Of a DNA stretch of 64,000 nucleotides, positions 55,538 through 62,814 are shown piece after piece. Position 1 is the stretch's first letter. Every line of letters begins with the position of its first letter. The stretch spans positions 2,895 through 66,894 of the forward strand of contig CAXTRR010000013.1 in the NCBI GenBank assembly GCA_964246795.1, in the 5' to 3' direction. Position numbers and translations under genes: made by a program. This DNA is from an uncultured Terriglobus sp. (GTDB taxonomy: Bacteria > Acidobacteriota > Terriglobia > Terriglobales > Acidobacteriaceae). A model generated the notes under the pieces. The model was not told the origin of the DNA. It ran no database searches and was given only the letters and a program-made list of their open reading frames with translations.

Positions 55538-57478
55538 CTACGGCACATAGCCGCTGTAGGCCGAGAGCAGATCCGCCACCAGCGCATCGGCCAGCGCCCG
55601 GTAGCCCGGACCCGTCAAGTGGGTGTGGTCCGGCTGGGCATAACCCGCCGCCACCCAGCGGCCCACTGAGCCAAAACCACCCTGCCGCGCGCGCCAGTCC
55701 CAGAAAGCGCAGTCGTGCGTCCGGCAGACCTCACGCTGTGCGTTCAGGATGCGGTCGGTTCCGCTGTAGGGTGCATAGTACCGGTGTGCAATGCGGTGGG
55801 CGCGGCGGCCACGGCCCACCACGGTGTACGTTGTCGAGCCGATGGAGCGGTCACCCGGCCCAAGCACCAGAATGGACGCTTCCGGAGCGGTGCGGTGCAG
55901 CATGTCAATGAGCCGCGCAAAGGTAGCGCGGTATTCCTCGCCGCCCCAGCGCGCGGCAGCTTCGTTGGTTCCATAGGCCAGCACGATCAATTGGGGCGCG
56001 GCGGCGGCCATGTATCCCTGGAAAAGCCGCTGGTTCCAGCGCAGCAGCAGTGGCGCTTCCGCGCCATTTATGCCGATGGACTCCCACGTGATGCCGGGCT
56101 GCAGAGCGACCGTCCCTAGCAGCCGGACAGGCCCACCCCCCTGCGAGGTGAAGCTGAAGTGGTGTGACCCTGCCGGGCAGTCATAGTGGAGCGCGCCAAG
56201 GGCAGGGCTGCTTCCATCCGCGGAGTTCTCCGGCGCGTTCAACTGGGCCGTAGTGTCGGTCGTCTCCGCGGGCTCCGGCAGAGTGGGAGCCGTGTTGGAG
56301 GGCGCGGTGGCTGGAATGCTCGTGGACGCGCCCATACCTGCGGCTCCGTAAAGCACCGGGCCGCCGGTGCCGGCAGTCGACACCGTTTCCACGGCAAAAC
56401 CGTTGTCGGCAAACTGAAAGCTGCCGCCCCCCGCCTGCCGTAGATAGTGCACCTCCAGCTTCAGGCAGGGTGCATCCAGTGAAGCGGCGTCACCGGCTCG
56501 CTCCGACTGAATCGCGACGCCGCCCAGTCCGAGCAGGCCGTCACCCAGTTGAGTGAAGTGCGTGCCCAGCGTGGTCCAGGACCCGCTCTGGCCGCGTCCC
56601 GAACCCAGAATGCGATAGCCGGCGAACGGGTGCCCCGCGTAGGAGAAGCCCACGCCGCCATCGCCGAAGCGGTTCTGCATGCGTGCGCGCGCCTGGCCGG
56701 TGAACATGTCTGCAGCGGTGTGCGAGTCGCCCCACTGCAGGATGCGAACGGGCTGGTCACCCGGTGACTGCTCCCTCTGCTGCAACGCAGCAAAGAATTT
56801 TCGCAAAGCCTGGGGAAACTGCAGCGCCGTTCCACCCTGGGCAAGCATTTGCGCGATGGGATTGCTGGAAAGCAGCGGCGAGGTGGTGCGCGCCTCGGCC
56901 GCGGCGGAAAGGTCCTCCGCGGAACTTTGCGGAAGGGAGGAATCCTCATCCCCGGCGCGCTGGGGGGCCTGGGTCCGGGGTGCCGTCGCCTGAGGCACCG
57001 TTGCTCTGGGAACCGACGCCTGGGGCGGCGCTGCCTGGGCCATTGTTGCCTGGGGTGCCGGGGAAAGGAGTGGCCGCGCAGTGGGAGCCGTCGATGACAC
57101 TGGCCCTAGAGCAGTTCTCTTCGCGATGCTCGCCGCCGGCAGCTGCAGGGGCGTTTGCGGCCGCAGGGGCGGGCTGAATGCCTGGAATGGCGAATTTCCG
57201 GCGTGCCGGGAACCGCTCGTACTTCTGGCAGCGGTTGAAACTGAGCCTGGCCGGCCACGGTGAGAAGCAGAGCTCGTCCCTGCCGAACTGTTCCGGCCTT
57301 TCGCGGGCTCTGCGGCGGAGTGTTTTCCGGAACGTGTTCCGGGCGGACGCGATCGTGCCGCGGGCGCATGAGTGGAACGGGGTCGAGCCGGCTTTGAGCT
57401 TTGCAGGTGGAAGGCGGCATGCCGGGCACCCTCTGCCCAGAGCGACCCCGCGGCCAGAACCGGACACAGCAGCAACAA
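55538..57478 (-). CDS. Exported SGNH-family protein (DltD/PatB-like), paralogue of 6400-8070, with long Pro/Ala/Ser-rich linker
   Basis: TTG start and short hydrophobic N-terminus. About 230 aa of low-complexity linker. SGNH blocks ILQWGDSHTAADMF, LIVLAYGTNEAA, DHTHLTGPGY. RMQNRFGDGGVGFSYAGHPFAGY parallels ILQERFGDAGHGYNLGAKPWAWY of the 6400 gene. Confidence 0.75.
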   Translation of the reverse strand: MLLLCPVLAAGSLWAEGARHAAFHLQSSKPARPRSTHAPAARSRPPGTRSGKHSAAEPAKGRNSSAGTSSASHRGRPGSVSTAARSTSGSRHAGNSPFQAFSPPLRPQTPLQLPAASIAKRTALGPVSSTAPTARPLLSPAPQATMAQAAPPQASVPRATVPQATAPRTQAPQRAGDEDSSLPQSSAEDLSAAAEARTTSPLLSSNPIAQMLAQGGTALQFPQALRKFFAALQQREQSPGDQPVRILQWGDSHTAADMFTGQARARMQNRFGDGGVGFSYAGHPFAGYRILGSGRGQSGSWTTLGTHFTQLGDGLLGLGGVAIQSERAGDAASLDAPCLKLEVHYLRQAGGGSFQFADNGFAVETVSTAGTGGPVLYGAAGMGASTSIPATAPSNTAPTLPEPAETTDTTAQLNAPENSADGSSPALGALHYDCPAGSHHFSFTSQGGGPVRLLGTVALQPGITWESIGINGAEAPLLLRWNQRLFQGYMAAAAPQLIVLAYGTNEAAARWGGEEYRATFARLIDMLHRTAPEASILVLGPGDRSIGSTTYTVVGRGRRAHRIAHRYYAPYSGTDRILNAQREVCRTHDCAFWDWRARQGGFGSVGRWVAAGYAQPDHTHLTGPGYRALADALVADLLSAYSGYVP

Positions 57479-57774
57479 AGATATCCGAGTCAGTTGCAGC
57501 GCTCACACCCCTCCGTAGCTTAGACGATTCAGTTCCGGAGAGCAGCCGGATTTGACCCTGCACAAAGGTTTTTCCACGGCCCGGTTGCGGAGCGGCATAC
57601 CTTTCTCCTAAGTTTCGCTTCCGTCCCGCATCTTGCACAGCCGGCAGCACTCGCTGAAGCGAACATATAGCGAAGAGACTTCACGTATTCCTTTCACTTT
57701 CACCGCCATCCCTATCGAAAGGTAAGTGCTTGTAAACAGGACTCCTAGCTTTCCCGTTTTGGGACTTTTCACCA

Positions 57775-57803
57775 TTGACACCGGCACCGTCGCTGGTTAT
57801 CTT
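57775..57803 (+). promoter_or_regulatory. Sigma-70-type promoter candidate
   Basis: TTGACA (57775-57780), a 17-nt spacer, then TATCTT (57798-57803). Lies ~265 nt upstream of the zinc-ribbon gene. Confidence 0.4.
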
Positions 57804-58070
57804 CGGTGAACTTCTCAAACATGCCGAGGGGGCAGCGAGAGTGACTGGTTTTCCACAGATGTTTCAGGCGCCGGCGGTGATCTCTAACCGCCGCCAGGCT
57901 GACCCGCCGCGGAGACACTGGCCGGAGCTGCCCATGCATTCACGGATACGGGACGGGCACACTGCAAAGGCCAGGAGAGCCTTCGCCACGGACACGATCC
58001 ACAGCAGCCGGGAGCCGCATTCCCCGACGCAAGACGCGGCCAACCCGGACGTAGAGCACTGGAGCAACAC

Positions 58071-58544
58071 GTGAAGTATTTTCGAAGGGAATTAAAAGTA
58101 TGCGAAGGGTGCGGAGGCCTATGGGTCCGCACCGGAACCGAAGCAGGGGTGTATTGCCGCCACTGCTGCCCGCTACTGGCCGATCTGCCCGGCCGGCGCA
58201 AATACAGCCCGGGCCGGCCATGCAAAGCGCGTGGAGGGTCCACGACGGCGCTGCACGTGGTTCACGCAGCCGCGCTGGAGAAGGAGGAAACGCCACGCGG
58301 GCGCTGCCGGCGAAACTCCATGCTGCCGACAGTGGAGCACGATGCAGAAGCGGACCGGTCAGCCGCCACTCGCCGTGCCGCCATGAGCCTGCACCAGGGC
58401 GGTCAGGCTACGTCCCAAAAGACGGTAGCGAGGGCGGAGGAAGTCTCTGCATCCGCAGCGGCGTTTCTGCCCGCAGCGGTCGAGATGCCCCGTTTGCTCT
58501 CGATTGTCCCCATGATCCATGCCGTGGCAGGAGGTGCCCGATGA
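58071..58544 (+). CDS. Hypothetical zinc-ribbon protein (CxxC...CxxCC) with disordered tail
   Basis: GTG start with GGAG 7 nt upstream. N-terminus KVCEGCGGLWVRTGTEAGVYCRHCC. The stop overlaps the next start (ATGA at 58541-58544). Confidence 0.4.
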   Translation: MKYFRRELKVCEGCGGLWVRTGTEAGVYCRHCCPLLADLPGRRKYSPGRPCKARGGSTTALHVVHAAALEKEETPRGRCRRNSMLPTVEHDAEADRSAATRRAAMSLHQGGQATSQKTVARAEEVSASAAAFLPAAVEMPRLLSIVPMIHAVAGGAR

Positions 58545-59179
58545 AGCTGTTGACAATGCCAAGCCATAGAGAAAACACGAACGTTGCCAACTCTGACAGC
58601 ACCTCCCATGCCGTGAGCCAGATATGGGCGACCGAGGGCAACCTGGCGCGGGCCGTGGTCGCCATACACGCCGAGGCGCACAGACCGGCCAATGCCCAGG
58701 CCGAGCTACCGCAGCGGCCCGCGCTCCGTGTGGTAATCACGCCGGAGACGGCCTTCTACCGCAAGTACACAGAGGCCATGCTGCGGAGGTATGCGGTGAT
58801 GAAGCTGCAGAAAGGCCGCGTTCCCTCCCTGCTGGGGCGCGAACTCTTCCGCGGAAAGGTGACGAGTTGCCGCATCCACGGCTTTGACGACATGATCCAC
58901 TACGTGCTGGATGTGGAGAGCTGCCTGAAGCTGCTGAACGCCGACCAGCAGAAGGTGGTTTTCCGGGTGGCAGTGCAGGAGTACACCTTGGGGGAAGCGG
59001 CGGCGATGCTGCGCTGGAGCCTGCGCTCGACCCAGCGCCGCTACAACGAGGCAATCGACGAACTGACCGCCATCTTTCAGAAGCGGAAGCTGATGGAGAG
59101 GACGCCAGGCCTGAAGCAGCAAAATCGCTGTCAAGAGGGAGAAGATGGGGGCGTGGCTGTAACTTACACTCCCGAATAG
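58541..59179 (+). CDS. Sigma-70 region-4-like HTH regulator (divergent ECF-like?)
   Basis: GGAGG RBS and ATG at 58541. AFYRKYTEAMLRRYAVM is region-2-like. LLNADQQKVVFRVAVQEYTLGEAAAMLRWSLRSTQRRYNEAIDELTAIF is a region-4-type HTH. The family assignment is tentative. Confidence 0.45.
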   Translation: MKLLTMPSHRENTNVANSDSTSHAVSQIWATEGNLARAVVAIHAEAHRPANAQAELPQRPALRVVITPETAFYRKYTEAMLRRYAVMKLQKGRVPSLLGRELFRGKVTSCRIHGFDDMIHYVLDVESCLKLLNADQQKVVFRVAVQEYTLGEAAAMLRWSLRSTQRRYNEAIDELTAIFQKRKLMERTPGLKQQNRCQEGEDGGVAVTYTPE

Positions 59180-59291
59180 ACTTGCGGGCGGAAAATAATT
59201 GGCAGGGTATTTATGCCCGGCTTGTTATTCTTAATAAGTGAGTCAGGAGAGCGGCAAGACGCTCTTCAACAAGTATCTCCAAAGCAAACGG

Positions 59292-59320
59292 AACGGGAGG
59301 CCTTCGGGTCTCCCGTTTTG
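59292..59320 (+). terminator. Strong hairpin with UUCG tetraloop: terminator/attenuator between regulator and structural genes
   Basis: AACGGGAGGCC-TTCG-GGTCTCCCGTT (11-bp stem including one G-U pair) followed by TTG. It lies 45 nt upstream of the ATG of the tail-fibre-like gene. Confidence 0.55.
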
Positions 59321-59364
59321 CATTGCGGGTGTTTGCCAACTTCACTCACTTCAGAGGAGCCTTC

Positions 59365-62300
59365 ATGCACTTCGGTTTTCCAAAGCGCGCCGGCAGCGCA
59401 GCGCCTCCTGCCATCAGGCCGCATCCAGCAGGAGTCCCTGGCTGGCGGCTTTTCAAGCTGTATACCTCGGCTCTTGGTTTAAGCACCGCGTTGGCGACCA
59501 CAGTGGGCGTCCTGTTGCCGCTGGCGGTGTTGCCGGTGTCGGCGCAGGCGCAGCAGGCCGCCACGACCGCCATTACAGATACAGTGCTGCAGGCCAATGG
59601 CTCGCCCGCGCAGGGTGTGGTGCTGATCAGCTGGCCGGCGTTTACCGGGGCAAGCGGCGTTGCCATTCCGCAGGGCAGCACCTCTGTCACGCTGGGCGGC
59701 AATGGCTCGCTGAGTGTGCAGCTGGTACCCAATGCGGGCAGCACGCCGCTGGGCAGCTTTTACACGGTGGTGTACCACCTGAGCGATGGCACGGTAACGC
59801 GGGAGTACTGGTCAGTGCCCGCAAGCAGCGGTGCGGTCGCGCTGAGCGCGGTGCGCACGTCTGTGCTGCCGGCCTCGGTCGCGGTGCAAACCGTCTCCAA
59901 GCAGTATGTGGACACGGCGATTGCGCGAGCTGTGCAGGGTGGCGCGGTTGCAGGCGGCACAGTTGCAGCGGGGCCGGGGGCGGGGAACACCACGCCCTAC
60001 GTTCAGAAGGCGGGCGACACGATGACCGGACCGCTGCAGCTTTCCGGTGATCCGGCCACCGGCCTGCAGGCCGCCGATAAAAGTTATGTGGACGGCAATG
60101 TGGCCGCGGCCCAGGCCGGCCTGAACCAGAAGGTGAGCAAGATACCCACGGGCACCCAGATCGTAACGCAGCCCGCCGGAACACAGCTGCGGACCAACCG
60201 GCTGAACGCAGAACTGTATGCGAGCCAGTTCTTTTCCAGCTTTGGCAATGACGGCATTGCCAACGCCTTCAACGCGCCGGAGTGCGGGGCAAATTGTCAG
60301 GTGATTGCCGAGCCGGATTACAACGGCAACGACTCACTTCCCGCCGGCAAGTTTGGCGCGCATCTTTCTGACCGGCGGCTGGGGCAGCTAAGCGAGACGT
60401 TTACCGGCCGGGAGGGTGGCGGCCTGCAGTATGGCACCAACATTGTGCGCACGGACGCGCAGCACCCGGCCACTGTAACCAGTACGCTGCAGACCACGGC
60501 GTTGCGGCTGCAGCAATCGGGCCTGCGGGGCGGCAACAATCTGTTTCCGGAGGGCGTCACCTCCGCGCTGCCGTACTTCAAAACGACCTATGGCACGCTG
60601 ATCGAGCAGGCCGATAACTATGCGCAGGGACAGCACGTGATGGATACGCGCGTGACCAATTGTTACGGCGTGGGCGATTGCCTGATCCATGGTGATTTCA
60701 TGAGCAGCTCGGGCGGCTTTCGCGATGCGGCCGACGAGGGCGCGCACCCGGCCGACCTGCAATACACCGAGGACACGCGCGTGCCACGGGGCAACTGCGG
60801 CACGGGCTGCACCACCGGTTCGCAATCACTGAAGGTGAACTTTACGAGCGGCGCGGGTACACAGGGAGATGGACGTTTTCTGGTCGATCTGGAGCCCTCA
60901 AAGGGCTACAGCGGCAATGCGCTGATTGGTGGTGACTCCGGTGGCTACCCGGCCGCGACGGCGGTTTTTACCGGCACCAGTTTTCCAGTGAGTACCTTCT
61001 TCAGCACGGCGGGGGCGGCGCTGCCGCAGAGCAACAATATGGCACCGGGAGCGGTGACGCTGCCGATTGCGACGGGCGGCGTGATTGCGGGCTTCAGCAC
61101 CAACACGGCAAGCGCACCGGCCGGCAGCGGCACGGCCTGCGTGGCGGATGCCATCAGCGGCGGCACCGCGACCCCGGAAAACTATGAGATGGCCCCCTAC
61201 ACCGTGGTGGACGGCACGCACCTGAGACTGACTCTCTTGAAGCCGCATGCGACAGGCTCAGTGGTGGCCATGGGCGGATTGTGCGGCTACGGCCTGGAGC
61301 AGACAATTGACAGCTCCAACGGCTATCAGCAGGTGTTTCCGATTGTTGGGTCAAGCAGCGGAACGTCACTCTATGTGGCGTCTGGCCTGACATCGATTGT
61401 GGGGCGAAACTTCAGCACGAGCGGGTATCTGAATCTGCAGTTCCAGGTGACCTCAGTGGTGCGGTCGAACAATGTGGTGACGGTGAACATCACCAACACG
61501 GCCGCGGGCGACCTGACCGGCTTGCCGCTGACGTTGGCAGGTGTGGCGGACGCGAGCTTCAACGGGACGTTCAATATGTCGACCGTGGGGAGCGGCCAGT
61601 TCAGCTATCCGCAGACAGGGCCGAATGCGAGCTCCAGCGGCGGCACGCTGGTGATTGTGACAAGCGGCTACAACATCTACCCTATGGCGGAAGTGCTGGA
61701 CGTTTACAACGACGCGACCGGCAACGTGGACGGCCAGATGACGCTGGCACCCAACACCGTGCCGTGGGCGGCGGGCGACCGCGTGACGCAGCCACACTAC
61801 TTCCAGCAGCGTGTGGGCGCGGACGTGACGTACATCACGCAGTACACACCGCGGCCAAGCGCTTATCAGCCCGCCGGCATTTATTACCAGGGCAACAACG
61901 GCGGCGGGCTGCGCGGCTGGGTGATTGCCAACAACACGCCGGCGCAGAGCTACCTTGGCGATGGCGGCACGCATGTGCCTCCGGACTTTGCCTTCGGCAA
62001 CAGCGGCGTCTGGAATACGACGGCCGACTTCCAGGCAGGCGAGCAGACGGCCTTCCGCATGCATTGCAACGGCCGCGGGTGCAGCCGCTTTGACAGCACG
62101 TATAACCTGTTTGCGCTGGACAACAGCGTGGGCGGCGGCTCTTACGACGCGGTCACATGGGCCCCGCAAACCAGCACCATGACGTGGAACATGCGCGGCG
62201 CGCAGTACAGCATGAGTCCCACGGCCATGACGGTGGGCACGCTGAATGTGACGAACCTGAATGCAAGCCACATCAGCGGCAGCACGGCGGCCACCAGCAC

Positions 62301-62814
62301 GGCGCAGGGCTCGGTTCAGCTTGGACCGACGGCGACCAGCTTTATCCTGTCGAACGTGGCAAGCAGCGGCGCGGCCAGTGACATGACCGGGCTGGCACCG
62401 AGCGCGACGATTGACACGACAAACGCGGCAAATATCACCGGCGGCACGCTCGATCCGGCGCGTTTGCCGCCCGGCATCGGGGGTGGGTCGTGCGCTTCGA
62501 CGATTGCGTTCAGCGCGGCACCAGCCATCGCGGTGAGCTGCAGCAATGCGCTGATCCACGTGCCGCTCACCGGCAACATGACCGGCATGAGCTTTACGGG
62601 ATTGCAGGCGGGCCAACGTATCACGCTGGTCTTTCAGGTGGGCGGTACGGGTGGGTACACGGTGCAGTGGCCATCACAGGTGCATGGCGGATTTGCGACG
62701 AGCACCAGCAACACGTCGCCCTTCTATGCGCAGGCGGGCAAGTACTTTGTGCAGCAACTGGTGGTGGACGCCGATGGCGCAACGCTGCTGAATCCGGGGG
62801 CGGTGAATCAGTGA
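59365..62814 (+). CDS. Secreted giant protein with phage tail-fibre-like motifs
   Basis: GAGGAG RBS and ATG at 59365. Sec-type signal ...LAVLPVSAQAQQ. Ig/CarbopepD-like first domain. KQYVDTAIA and GDTMTGPLQLSGDPATGLQAADKSYVDGNV match the phage tail-fibre repeat (GGTMTG.L) and collar motifs. Gly/Thr/Ser-rich beta-rich body. Confidence 0.8.
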   Translation: MHFGFPKRAGSAAPPAIRPHPAGVPGWRLFKLYTSALGLSTALATTVGVLLPLAVLPVSAQAQQAATTAITDTVLQANGSPAQGVVLISWPAFTGASGVAIPQGSTSVTLGGNGSLSVQLVPNAGSTPLGSFYTVVYHLSDGTVTREYWSVPASSGAVALSAVRTSVLPASVAVQTVSKQYVDTAIARAVQGGAVAGGTVAAGPGAGNTTPYVQKAGDTMTGPLQLSGDPATGLQAADKSYVDGNVAAAQAGLNQKVSKIPTGTQIVTQPAGTQLRTNRLNAELYASQFFSSFGNDGIANAFNAPECGANCQVIAEPDYNGNDSLPAGKFGAHLSDRRLGQLSETFTGREGGGLQYGTNIVRTDAQHPATVTSTLQTTALRLQQSGLRGGNNLFPEGVTSALPYFKTTYGTLIEQADNYAQGQHVMDTRVTNCYGVGDCLIHGDFMSSSGGFRDAADEGAHPADLQYTEDTRVPRGNCGTGCTTGSQSLKVNFTSGAGTQGDGRFLVDLEPSKGYSGNALIGGDSGGYPAATAVFTGTSFPVSTFFSTAGAALPQSNNMAPGAVTLPIATGGVIAGFSTNTASAPAGSGTACVADAISGGTATPENYEMAPYTVVDGTHLRLTLLKPHATGSVVAMGGLCGYGLEQTIDSSNGYQQVFPIVGSSSGTSLYVASGLTSIVGRNFSTSGYLNLQFQVTSVVRSNNVVTVNITNTAAGDLTGLPLTLAGVADASFNGTFNMSTVGSGQFSYPQTGPNASSSGGTLVIVTSGYNIYPMAEVLDVYNDATGNVDGQMTLAPNTVPWAAGDRVTQPHYFQQRVGADVTYITQYTPRPSAYQPAGIYYQGNNGGGLRGWVIANNTPAQSYLGDGGTHVPPDFAFGNSGVWNTTADFQAGEQTAFRMHCNGRGCSRFDSTYNLFALDNSVGGGSYDAVTWAPQTSTMTWNMRGAQYSMSPTAMTVGTLNVTNLNASHISGSTAATSTAQGSVQLGPTATSFILSNVASSGAASDMTGLAPSATIDTTNAANITGGTLDPARLPPGIGGGSCASTIAFSAAPAIAVSCSNALIHVPLTGNMTGMSFTGLQAGQRITLVFQVGGTGGYTVQWPSQVHGGFATSTSNTSPFYAQAGKYFVQQLVVDADGATLLNPGAVNQ

